A stretch of 64,000 bases of DNA from Lingula anatina. Lineage: Eukaryota > Animalia > Brachiopoda. Position numbers and translations under genes: made by a program. Below are positions 26,773 through 40,370 of the stretch, piece by piece; position 1 is the first letter of the stretch, and every line of letters begins with the position of its first letter. The DNA lies in NCBI GenBank assembly GCA_051362555.1, contig CM120640.1, positions 35,793,967-35,857,966 on the forward strand, read 5' to 3'. Below the pieces are notes generated by a model. It was given only the letters and a program-made list of their open reading frames with translations, was not told where the DNA came from and ran no database searches.

Positions 26773-29700
26773 TTAAAGTTCCTCATCAGATGCTTCTTCA
26801 GAATGTTCACTGTGTAATTGATTGTTAGGTTGTATAGTTTCCTGTATATTTTCCTCTGTAGATGGTTTGCTTGTAGATGGTTTTGACCCAAAACTAAGGG
26901 AGTCTTTGTCAAACTTCAGAAGCATGCTGCCCAAATCACCATCAAAGCGATTTTTCGCCACCTTTAAAAAAAAGAAATTTCAACAGATTATTGTTTTCCT
27001 TTATGCTCTTATTGCAAAACAAATTATGCAACGAATGGGGCCTTTTTCAAAAGTCTCTGCATTTATCATCTATGGCCTAGATGGCCAGGTCTTGGGGGGA
27101 AATGTGAGTTGTCAGTTGCCAAACCTAGATAACATCACAAACATTATGGGTTTGCCTTAACAGTCAATAAGTAAAAAAACATCTGAATCAAGAAAAGACA
27201 TCAAGAAAAATCTACTTTCAGACCACGGTAATAGTAAGAGAAAGTGTTAGCAGGTTACATTTTTGCATAGTGAGTTTAATAGCCTTATGTCATAGATGAA
27301 AGTATATTTTGGTCATTTGTATATTATGGCACTCTTTACATAGTCTTGAGTTTATTTATCTCTGCTGATGTGTCCATATTTTTAGTCTTTGTAATGCATG
27401 GTAGTTTATATCAGTTCAATTCTCATGGTGTTGTGCCATACTAGTCTGTGAACCAATAAACATAATACAGATATAAAAACCTGCATATTCAGGTTATATC
27501 ACTGGTAATCCCACTATATTCTCCATCTACTTTTTTGCATATGTGTCTATTTTCTTGTATATGTACATATTTTCTTAGTTGTTCTTCTGTGACGCAGCAT
27601 TGCTGGGGCATGTGAAAATAACATCACTAACACACAGAATATCACCATATTTTCCCACCAATCTCTTACCTGTATATACTTTTTTGGTTGTGTCGTGACT
27701 TTCATATTTTCTACTAGCTGCAGCAGCAGTATGTTGTCTGCCTCTTGACTTGCCTTAGCACTGCCAAAAATGGACCCAATGTGAAGGGCTTCTCCATTTG
27801 GTTCCTGGAATTAAACCACAACTAGGGATAAAAAAATGAAATAGAAATCTGTTTATACCTTAATTGAAAATTGACTACATATATATTACTACAGAAGTTT
27901 AAAGTGCAAAAATTCAAATAGCAACTGAATGAGAAAATAAGAACTTCACAAAAAAATCTTAATCATGTATTACACTAAATGGAACAAATGACATATTTCA
28001 TAATTGAACTGTTAGTGTCAGCAATGCATTACCTTTATCATAATATACATGTATATCTATTTTGGCTCTGGGGCTACCAAGGAACATGAACACGTGCTTA
28101 ATTATGACTACACTCAACCTGGCTTCTTCCCCTTTGACACATTCCACCTACCTTTCTCGGATGAATGACCAAGGTCACGTGGCAGTTTTTGGAAGTTGCA
28201 AACTGGCGAAAGGCAGCCACCACCTCATCCTGTTGAGTTAACCTATCAAAATTGCGGTTCCTGTCCCCCAGTTGTCCCATTCCCATCATAAACTGCAGGT
28301 TGTCCACTATAATGTGGGAGATGTCATGGACGTACACAGCGTGGTCCATGGTCTGGAATACAAAAAGTCACACTTCATCTTCAAATTTCACCAGTATTCA
28401 TCGAAAAATAAAAGCAGCTTTTGCTGGTCAAATATTAATCAACCTATGTATTGTGTTTGTCAGTGATGTCTTAATTAAATGATGTCTGTAATGAAACTCA
28501 TGCTACCGGAATTAGGAGATACAAAAAACATTTGAAAAATTTACTCCATTTGAAGCTTTTGATTAATAAACTGAACAGGAACTCTAAAACAAGGCAGCAA
28601 AGCTGTCAAATGTACAGACAAAAAGCAGGAAATAACTATGCACAAAATAGGCTACTGTTTATTCTGATGCAAAAGTACATTATGTTAAACTGTAAATTCA
28701 ACATCAAATTTTAATTATGCTCAACAGGTAATACCAATGAAAGTAAAATGTGTAACAAGCATAAGGCTTCAGGCCCATGAGAGTTCAAGTTCACACTTTG
28801 AAAATGTATAACTTCCAGAAAAAGAAGCCAATTAGACTGCTTTTCCAACTCAGGCTGCATGCCAATTTTCGAACTTGACCTCCGTTTTAGTAAGATCGAT
28901 TACTCCTGAGAGTTTCACGACAACAGGCCTATCGGTTTTCCTTGAAATGTGTTTACAGTGTTGCATATATGTTGAAAAGTGAAAGAAAAAAGCATAACTT
29001 CTACAATAATGGCCCGATCATCCTGATTTTCGAACTTGACCTGCGTTTTATGAATATTCATCAGCTCTTTAAATATAAAGCCCAAAAGTAAAACTGCCTT
29101 CCACTTATCGTGTTTACAATGAAAGTGCAAGGTGCCGGCAACAGCGATGACGGCGACGACAGACGCAGGTGATGGCAATATGTACAGACACATCTGTACA
29201 TATTTACTGTACTGTTTGAGAACAGTAAGTGACATGGTTTTTCTTAAATGGTCATCATGGGAGCAGTGCCCAAAATAGTTTTTTTTTCAAATTTTGATGC
29301 AATATTACATAATGTTTAACAGCATAATGACCATCAATTTTTAATAATAAAATATTAGTATCATGGATATTCAGAAAATGTGACTAGCAAAGGTCTTTAG
29401 GCCCATGGAACTTCAAAGCCACAACTTCAAAATGCCAAAATGTAAACAAGACAGCACTGTTCTGAAATGGGTTTATTTCCATTTTTAACAATTTTTAACA
29501 TAAAACAAAATTAACAGTTAACTGCCATTTTTATATGATCAACTAAGAAAATTGATGAGATGGGAAAAATATCAATAGAATAGTGTCAAATGTCCAATTT
29601 CCTCCATTCTGAGATTCTGAACATAGTGAATGATTCAATCTGACAAACTGCAATGATATGAGTTTATTTCCATTTTTGAAACTTTATTACACAATACACA

Positions 29701-32700
29701 ATAACAAGTTTAACATCATTTTTACAAAATCAACTAACAATGTAGTAAAGATGCAGGAAATGTCAAAAAAACACTTTTACATATCTTATTAATTAAATAA
29801 TGAAACTGTTAACATGCCTAAGAATTGAATCTAAGGAAATGTAAAAAACAGCATAACTTCTAAAATAATGGCCTGATTATGCTGATTTTTGAACTTGACT
29901 TGCGTTTTAGCAGGATTGACCACTCCTGTGAGTTTAATGACAATTGGCCTATCTGTTTTTCTTATATTGTGTTTACAGTGTTGCATATATGCTGAAAAAA
30001 GAAAAAAAAAGCATAACTACTAAAATAGTGGCCCGATCATGCCAATTTTCGAACTTGACCTGCGTTTTAGTAAGATCAATTTTTCCTGTGAGTTTCATGA
30101 CAACAGGCCTATCGGTTTTCGTTGAAATGTGTTTACAGTGTTGCATATATGCTGAAAAGTGAAAAAACAGCATAACTTCTACAATAATGGCCCGATCATG
30201 CTGATTTTCGAACTTGACCTGCATTTTATGAATATTCATCAGCTCTGTAAATATAAAGCCAAAAAGTAAAACTGCCTTCCACTTATCGTGTTTACAAGGA
30301 AAGTGCACGGCGCCGACGGCGACGACAGACGCAGGTGATGGCAATATGTACAGACACATCTATATATATTTACTGTACTGTTTGAGAACAGTAAGTGACA
30401 TGGTTTTTCTTAAATGGTCATCATGGGAGCAGTGCCCAAAATAGGTTTTTTTCAAATTTTGATGCAATATTACATAATGTTTAACAGCATGATGACCATC
30501 AATTTTTAATAATAAAATATTAGTATCATGGATATTCAGAAAATGTGACTAGCAAAGGTCTTCAGGCCCATGGAACTTCAAAGTCACAACTTGAAAATGC
30601 CAAAATGTAAACAAGACAGCACTGTTCTGAAATGTTTTTTTTCCATTTTTAACAATTTTTAACATAAAACAAAATTAACAGTTTACTGCCATTTTTATAT
30701 TATCAACTAAGAAAATTGATGAGATGGGAAAAATATCAACAGAGCAGTGTTAAATGTCCAATTTCTTCCATTCTGAGATTCTGAACATAGTGAATAATTC
30801 AATCTGACAAACTGCAATGATATGAGTTTATTTCCATTTTTGAAACTTTATTACACAATACACGATAACAAGTTTACCATCATTTTTACAAAATCAACTA
30901 ACAATGTTGTAAAGATGCAGGAAATGTCAAACAAACACTTTTACGTATCTTATTAGTTTAATAATGAGACTGTTAACATGCCTAAGAATTGAATCTGAGG
31001 AAATGTGAAAAATATGCTGAAAAGTGAAAAAACAGCATAACTTCTACAATAATGGCCCGATCATGCTGATTTTCGAACTTGACCTGCGTTTTATGAATAT
31101 TCATCAGCTCTGTAAATATAAAGTCAAAAAGTAAAACTGCCCTCCACTTATCGTGTTTACAAGGAAAGTGCACGGCGCCGGCATCGGCATCGGCATCGGC
31201 ATCGCCATCGCCATCGGCGACGACAGACGCAGGTGATGGCAATATGTACAGACACATCTGTGTCTGTACATAAAAAGTACATTAATCTAATTATCAATGA
31301 CATGTATTTTAAAACAAATAAGCATGAACTGTGTATCCACATAAATGAGCAAAAACTTTACCCTTTCACAGAAAAGTCATCAACAGTTATATAGTCTCAA
31401 TTTAAACAGTACCTGCACACTCAAGCACTCCCACACACATGCTCAAAACAATGAGGACTTACATCTATAACTCTTTTTAAACTCTCCTGGCCATGGAATG
31501 CCATAAAATGCATTGGCAGTTGTTCAAACTGGTCAGCATATTTATCAAATTCTGCAAAGTGAGTGGCTAGGTTTTTCCTAAAAATTAAAAGCCAGATAAT
31601 TTGTGTTCAATCATTACATAAAGCACATAACATTTATATATACTTGATTTTTTTTTGTTTGTAAAGCTCTGATTGAGAACTTTGTATGAGCATGATATTA
31701 TCTTTAAGGCTTGTTTGATTTAACTTAATCTAAAATTGCAACCTGCCTTGCAAACTGGATCAGCATTGTTTTCATCAAACGTACATTCTTGATTTCAAAA
31801 CTTCCCCATAGAGTGTTCACCTAGATATAGTAAAAGTTTATAAAAATTGACGACATAAAAAAAAAAAACATTTAAAAAATTTTTTGTTAACAACAGTTTA
31901 CTGAAACATTTGTTTCAATGAATTGAATGCTTTCCCAAATCTTGCTTCCCTCGGTATAAACAAGAAACATCTCAAATGGGTACAGTTTCTTAATGTCAAT
32001 TTATTACAAACATATTTGAGGTCTACGGGCTCATTGGATTCCCACAGACGCCATCAATCCAACTCCGCGGGGACATGCTCTCAGTTTCACAGTTTAACAC
32101 GCTTCCTCCTGGCATTGAGTGAAATGCAGATAAGTACGTTGAAAACAGGAGGCGGCGTGTCATTCAATTAAGCTGATTGCACTCAGCAAGAGTCCTCACA
32201 GAGTTGAATCAATCTGCATAGACTGATGGTGTCAATGGGAATGGAGTTTTATATCAATGTGGGATGTGGCTTACACCCTGTATGCAGAGGTCCAGGGACA
32301 GCTCGCTGATGAAGGTGGTTTTTCCTGAACCAGTGGGCCCAGTAACTATGGTCAATTCCCCCCTTCTGTGTCCCTTCAATAGCTTGTTTAACTGTGGGAA
32401 TCTTTTAAACTGAAAGTATATTTAATGCCATGTTTATAAATTCTACCAACTCAATTAATGATTTCATTCTTATTTTCAGTGTATTAGTTTAAGACTTTCT
32501 GAGCAAATAAAAACATTTTTTTCATCATTTTAGAAGCTTAAGAACCATATCACTCTGGAAAATATCTTAAAGTAGCAAATCAAATGAAGAAATATGTTTG
32601 ACCTGATACAATTTTGGTGCCTTCTAAGCAACAACATTGTAGTAACTTAAACATAGTAACTTAAACCATAATAAAAATGCTAATTGCTACATCAGAGTAT

Positions 32701-35700
32701 TTACCTGAATTCCCTTGACTTGCTCCACAAGAGAGAGCTCTGACTGGACCTCAAATCTCAAATCCTTAAAGTGCTGTATAAACTGATGACCAGCACGTGT
32801 GGCAAATTTTAAGATTCGTGACAAGCTCTTGCCCTGTCTCAAAGCATCCATGGGTGTCGGGACTGGAGTCAGAGGTCTTTCAAGGAAGTAAAAATATCAA
32901 ACTTGAAATTATTTTTGCTGTTGTAAAATATATAAATGTATTAATTAAATTACCAACTTTCTGTATTAAGTGTGTCCACTAGAAGTTCCCTCATGATTCC
33001 TTATCTGACATCAGAAATAGTCTAAAATACTTTGTTGATCACTTTTTAGAGGTTACCAATTTTGAAAATACTGAACAGCAACCAAATTAAAGAAGAATAG
33101 CGTAACCTCTCCTCTACTTCTCAATTTTGTAAAAGAAAAAAAAAAATTGTAATCTGCTCACCTAAATAACGAGCACCTCTCGTAACCCAGTTTCTTAGAC
33201 AGTTGTCTGGCAGCATTGAACCCAGTGATGTCATTCCCAAACCACAGCACTATATGGTCAAACTGCTCAAGGAATGGCAAAACCTGTAGACGGAATAAGA
33301 ATAAATTAACTTTTGGTATTGGAGTGATATGTAGCAACAAGCTTTTCATAAGACTAAGCACAAATTGAAGAAGGCATGTCACTCGGCTATTTCATGAGTG
33401 AATCAAGGCTAACTGATTAAAATCATACTGCAAATAAAACTGGCAATTAATTGAATTCATTAATCACACAGAAGTTGAAATCAATTACCTTAATGTGATG
33501 CAATATTCCCCATGCCAATCAGATGGTTTATGCCATCACATATAATTTCAGTAAATTTTAATTAAGCTCTAATGCCTGCAGCTATTCACCTTGGATGTAT
33601 TTACATTAAAATTAATACAGCCTTTACAAATACCTCCAGTGGCAGGGTATCATTGCCCCATGGAAGAGACAGTACTGGCTGCCTCAGTTCTTGAAATACA
33701 GCCATAGCATCAAACTCATTGGCTGTGATTATAACCCTGTCTGTTGATTTTGCTGTAACAGTGTTTATTCCAAACAAACACCAGTAGCTTAGTCTGAAAA
33801 AATGTCAAACAAAACAATGTATATTCATATAAATTTAATGTTGTCAAAGTTTTCGATGTGCTTTTCAAATGTGAGCCAGGCATCAAAGCAATTGTGTTTG
33901 AGGGATCTTCTTGAACACAAGCTTACCAAGAAAAAGACTGATGTTTCTTAGGTGAGCAACTGTTCATTATAACAGATTTTCATTGTATTTTAGATCCATT
34001 TCCCTTGAAGTGATTTTTTCATTCATTCAAAAGAAGACAATTAATAACAAAATTCTGCATACTTTTGATCAATCAGAAAATTCAAAACTTCTTTTTATAA
34101 GCAATTTTTCATTTTGTCAGTGACAGCCAAACAAATTCATTTAATTGGCACCTATTTCAAGTGAATTGCCATCTGGAAGACTGCTTTTATTATGAACTTG
34201 TTACAATTCTCTCTCTCTCTCTGTCTCTCTCTCACTCACACTCACACACACACACACACACACACATACTTGTCTATGTGTACCAACCGAGGACATCAGC
34301 ACAACACCATACAACCGAGGACATCTTATTCCTTGGTTAAATCAAAATAAAAACATTCAATTTAGGGTAAAATCTATTCGAGTATGAATGTTATAAATTA
34401 ATTTTTTATAAAAACTAATTTTTTGCTGACAAGAATTTTACATTCTAACCGAGGACACACACGGACACACACACGGACAGACACTACACATTACAACCGA
34501 GGACATGCATGCATCTACATGTAATAATGATTGTACTTTTAATGCAAAGCAAATTTTATATAGCGTTACTTTGCAGCAATTCACATTTTTATGAAATTCT
34601 TTCATATTTAAGGTAAATTCCAAAATAACACCAGAGGTGATGATTAAATGAACAGTTATACAATATTTAATGCTGGGCTTTGCCACTTTTTTAGAATTGA
34701 AGATTATGAGATAAAACATCAATTAATTTAGGAAAAGAAAGGATACTGATGAAATAAAATAAAAGACCAAAGAAATTCGTTTTCAAACATTTAATTTTCA
34801 TAATGCTTATTTTCTATTTAGCACTCTTTTATTATCATGAATTTTATATTTTGATAACACAAAGTGTCGTCCATTGGATACAGACTTGCACAGTACACAA
34901 TTTTACAATTGAGGACATCATGCCAGCAGCACCCAAAATTGTGCTTTCTTCCAATTTGATGCAATATTATATAATGCTTAACAGCATAATGATCATCAAT
35001 TTTTTTATAATAAAATATTAGTATCATGAATATTCAGAAAATGTGACTAGCAAAGGTTTTCAGGTTTATGGAACTCCAAAGTCATACTTTGAAAATGCTA
35101 AATGTATACAAGAGAGCACTGTACTGAAATGGGTTTCTTTCCATTTTTAACTTTTTTACATAAAATAATACAGTTTACTGCCATTTCACATGATCAACTA
35201 AGAAAATTGTTGAGATGGCAAAAATATCAATATAACAAGTTTAAATGTCCAATTTCCTCCATTCCGAACATTGTGAATGATTGAATCTGACAAACTACAA
35301 TGATACGAGTTCATTTCCATTTTGGCACTTTTTTTACACAATACAAGATAACAGGTTTACCACCATTTTTATATAATCAACTAGCAATATTGTCAAGACG
35401 CAGAAATTGTCAAACAACCCATTTTACATATCTAGTAAATTCAATAATGAGACTGTTTACATGCCTGACAATCAAATCTGAGGAAAACCACTTATATACA
35501 AATAAAAGCTGAAGTCCCTCAAAACTCAACCAATCAATCTTATTTTTAAATTTGATTTGTATATAGATAACATTGATCACTCTTGTGAGTTTAATGACAA
35601 CAGGCCTATCGGTTCTCCCTGAAATGTGCTTACAGTGTTACTAATATGCTTTTACTAATAATCATCAGTTCTGTGAGTTTCATGAAAACAGGCTTTAAGT

Positions 35701-38700
35701 TATTGGTTCTCCCTGAAATGTGCTTACAGTGTTACATATATGCTGAAAAAAAAAAAAAAAAAAAAAAAAAAAACAGCATAAAATTTGAAAGAAAAGGGCC
35801 TGGTCTTGCTGATTTTCAATCTTGACCATTCTTTTACTAATAATCATCAGTTCTGTGAGTTTCATGAAAACAGGCTTATTGGTTCTCCTTGAAATATGTT
35901 AACAGTGTTGCATGTACACTGAAAAAAGGAGAAAAAAATGAAAAACTTTTGAAAATAATCACCCCATTTCCTCCATTTTGAGACACTGTATTACACAGTA
36001 CATGATAACATGTTTACCGTCATATTTATATAATCAACTAGCAATGTTGTAAAGATGCAGACAATTTCAGGGAAACACTAACATATTTACATATCTAGTT
36101 AATTCAATAACGAAACTGTCAACATGCCTCACAATCAAATCTGAGGAAAACCACTTATATACAAATAAAAGCTGAAGTCCCTCAGAACTCAACCAATCTA
36201 TCTTATTTTTAAATTTGATTTGTATATAGATAACATTGATCACTCTTGTGAGTTTAATGACAACAGGCCTATCGGTTCTCCCTGAAAAGTGCTTACAGTG
36301 TTACTTATATGCTGAAAAAAAAAACAGCATAAAATTTGAAAGAAAAGGGCCTGGTCATGCTGATTTTCAATCTTGACCATTCTTTTACTCATAATAATCA
36401 GTTCTGTGAGTTTCATGAAAACAGGCTTTAAGTTATTGGTTCTTCCTGAAATGTGCTTACAGTGTTACTTATATGCTTAAAAAAAAACAGCATAACATTT
36501 GAAAGAAAAGGGCCTGGTCATGCTGATTTTCAATCTTGATCATTCTTTTTAATTTACTAATAATCATCAGTTCTCTGAGTTTCATGAAAACAGGCCTATT
36601 GGTTCTCCTTGAAGTGTGTTTACAGTGTTGCATGTACACTGAAAAAAGGAGAAAAAAAATGCAAAACTTTTGAAAATAATCACCCCATTTCCTCCATTTT
36701 GAGACACTGTATTACACAGTACATGATAACATGTTTACCGTCATATTTATATAATCAACTAGCAATGTTGTAAAGATGCAGAAAATTTCAGACAAACACT
36801 AACATATTTACATATCTAGTTAGTTCAATAACGAAACTGTCAACATGCCTGACAATCAAATCTGAGGAAAACCACTTATATACAAATAAAAGCTGAAGTC
36901 CCTCAAAACTCAACCAATCAATCTTATTTTTAAACTTGATTTGTATATAGATAACATTGATTCCTCCTATGAGTTTCATGAAAACAGGCTTATTGGTTCT
37001 CCCTGAAATGTGCTTACAGTGTTACTTATATGCTGAAAAAAAAAAACAGCATAACATTTGAAAGAAAAGGGCCTGGTCATGCTGATTTTCAATCTTGACC
37101 ATTCTTTTACTTATAATCATCAGTTCTGTGAGTTTTATGAAAAGAGGCCTATTGGTTCTCCTTGAAATGTGTTTACAGTGTTGCATGTACAATGAAAAAA
37201 GGAGAAAAAAATGCAAAACTTTTGAAAATAATCACCCAATTGCCTCCATTTTGAGACACTGTATTACACAGTACATGATAACATGTTTACCGTCATATTT
37301 ATATAATTAACTAGCAATGTTGTAAAGATGCAGAAAATTTCAGACAAACACTAACATATTTACATATCTAGTTAGTTCAATAACAAAACTGTCAACATGC
37401 CTGACAATCAAATCTGAGGAAAACCACTTATATATATCAAAACAAGGCACAACTTCCACAAAACTCAACCAATCAATCCTATTTTCAAACTTGATTTGTA
37501 TATTGGTAACATTGATCACTCCTGTGAGTTTAATGACAACAGGCCTATCGGTTCTCCCTGAAATGTGCTTACAGTGTTACTTATATGCTGAAAATGGCAG
37601 AAAAAAAAAACAGCATAACTTTTGACAAAAAATGGCCCGGATATGCCGATTTTTGAACTTGACAACCCTTTTACTAATAATCATCAGTTCTGTGAGTTTC
37701 ATGACAATAGACCTATTGCTTCTCCTTGAACTGTGTTTACAGTGTTGCATGTATGCTGAAAAAAGCAAAAACAACAGCAAATTTTCTGAAAAAAAAAAAA
37801 GCAGCCCATTATGAAGATTTTCAAACTTGACCTGCGTTTAACTAATATTCATCAGTTCTGTGAGTTTCATGAAAATAGACCTATCGGTTCTCTTTAAAAT
37901 GTTGCATCGCATATAATATTATGCTGAGAAAAGGGAAAAACAGCAACTTTGTAAAATTTGCCAGATCACAATGATTACGTTGATTGCAATTTATATAGCA
38001 TTCCTTCTGGGAGAGATCGATCCATAGTTAGTACGATAGGATCTGGGAACGGTCCCTTAATCGTTTTTGCCGTGTGCATATCCGAACTGTAGGCCTATAT
38101 ATCAGGACGCGTAATTGTCGGGGCGTCTTTTTTTTTTTTTTTTTATTTCACAAAGCGGTTCTTGCAAATGCGGTGTTTATGAATATGTGTGCTCTGTGTT
38201 AGCGACATGGACCGACAGGGGCCCATTCAAAATATAATTTCACTTCAGTTGTTAGATTTAGTATTTATTCTAGCAGCCAGGTGTATAACAAACAGATCTA
38301 CAGGTGAAAAGAAGTGACTGTAGTTCGCAGAGCCATTATGTAATAATAAATGTTTCATAATGTCATAGCCTTCTTCAAACTGTCAGGGGTAGATTAATTC
38401 ATAGTTAGCTAAGGGGCCCTTTACACTGGACGGCGTCCTTTCTGCGTCCTGTAGTACGGATCCATTTGAGAGTACAAAATTATAATACTTAACTTTCTGA
38501 CAACTGGCCAATCACCAAATATTCATTTTTTTCAACCAAAGCAATGCTTGTACCTCCTTTCTACGACCACAGTGATACCAGTTTCTTGGTCGCACAAAGG
38601 ACGCCGCCCCAGTGTAAAGGGGGTTTACGGACGATCCATTTACCCTTTTCATTTACTCTGAAGTATCGAATAAAAGAACTGATGGAATAAAAGTACTGGG

Positions 38701-39001
38701 TGGAAAAAATCTCAAAATTTAATAAAAGTACTGATGGAATAAAAGTACTGGGTGTAAAGAATCTCGAAATTTAATAAAAGTACTGGATGGAATAAAAGTA
38801 CTGGGTGGAAAAATCCTTTGCACCACTCCCCCCCCCCCCCCCAAAAAAAAAAAAATGAAATAAATAAATAAAAGTAAAGAAGAAGAAGAGAAAGAAAAAA
38901 GCTAGCTATTGATCATTGTAAAAAAAAAAAAAAAAAAAAAAATCACCAGGTAAAATGCACTCAGTATTATAATTTATCTTAAAAACGGGATATCTAATTT
39001 A

Positions 39002-39064
<63 letters not shown>

Positions 39065-40324
39065 CCATGAGTTAAATTTCATAATCGTCAGGGGCCGAAG
39101 ACCCAGATATGTCGCACCTAAGCTGCCTCCGAGAGCCATACGGAGACGTTATTCATAGTAAATTTATTCTCAGATATAAGGTTCGTTTTGCATACCTGTA
39201 AACTCCTAAGGGTTTATCTTACATAGAAATGTGATTTAACATCGTTTAAATCATAAATCGGCATGAAATAATTGACGTTTGAAAACAGGCACAACTTCTT
39301 TGCTGCACTTGAAATGACCTCCTTAGCTATAAATATGATCCTATCACCTTGCGACATTGCATCATTCGATCGATGTACATGAGTAGTTGTCACTGTTGAA
39401 GGGAAAGCACGTCTATTTATAGGAACTGAAATCAGGTGACGCATGTACTGTTGTGTTCAGAGAGCGACTTCCGCTTGACCTACTTTCCAGTGCTGTTGGT
39501 AGAACAGTCGGTAATGAGTTGAGATCTCAATTTTCTTCTCATTATACTTCAATTTAAGAAAATAAAAAGCGTGACTTGTACTTGTGTAATTTCCCACCGG
39601 TACAATATGTATTTAATAAACATATCGGGTGGAAGATTTTTGAAAAAATTAATAAGCGTACTGGGTGAAAATGGAGCGTACCGGCGGGAAGAAATTTGGA
39701 AAATTAATTAACGTACCGGTACGTTTATTTGATACTTCAGAGTAATTCTTGCACCCTCAAAAGATTGTCGGTCCTAAGATCTACCGAGTGAGCCACAAAT
39801 TCAGACAGTTCTTCTTTATTTAAACCACCCCAAGTCAGTTGTAGGGCCTACTAATAAAGAAGCGTGCCGTAATATGTACAGTGCGATGATAGTAGTTACG
39901 TAACGGCCTAGGAGAGCTTAATTTGATAAAAAAGACCTTTAGTTTAAAAATATGAACTTACTGAATATATAGACATCTGAGATATAACATTAGTTTCAGT
40001 TTAGTCTGCCCTTTACAGCACAACCGTGGACGCGGAATTTGGTCCGCCCTTTACAGCACAACCGAGGACGCGTGTGTATAGCCCGATTTCAGACAAAAAG
40101 TTGGACAGTATTTCTGATACACTCGTGGCGGGAATTTGGCCCGCGCTATACAGCATAACCGAGGACTGGCTCAGAATAGCGTCAAATTTCACCACCTAAC
40201 TTGAAATGGGCCCCTTTATGCATTCCACTGCTTATGTCAACCGAGGACGTCCTCGGTTGGAGGTGTGTCCTCGGTTAGTGGGTTTCGGGCGGGTGTGTGT
40301 CCTCGGTTAGAATGCGTGCACAAG

Positions 40325-40370
<46 letters not shown>

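Larger units (their letters stand above)
34267..40326. mobile_element. ~6-kb non-autonomous TIR DNA element inserted in a (CA)n microsatellite within Twinkle coding intron 5
   Basis: Left end CTTGT-N10-CAACCGAGGACA (34269-34295) mirrors the right end (reverse complement CTTGT-N10-TAACCGAGGACA, ending at 40324). (CA)n lies on both flanks. About 11 AACCGAGGAC-type motifs cluster near both ends. No transposase ORF. Confidence 0.75.

Noticed and set aside
28915-31257. Three similar minus-strand ORFs ([13 protein letters not shown]...) as a small gene family
   Set aside because: They are translations of the repeated HINE end. They diverge by frameshift and show no splice or protein-family signal.
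34285-40308. AACCGAGGAC repeats or the ~160-bp repeats as a CRISPR array
   Set aside because: The motifs are 10 bp, irregularly spaced and in both orientations, and the long repeats have no unique spacers. The pattern fits transposon ends and satellite DNA.
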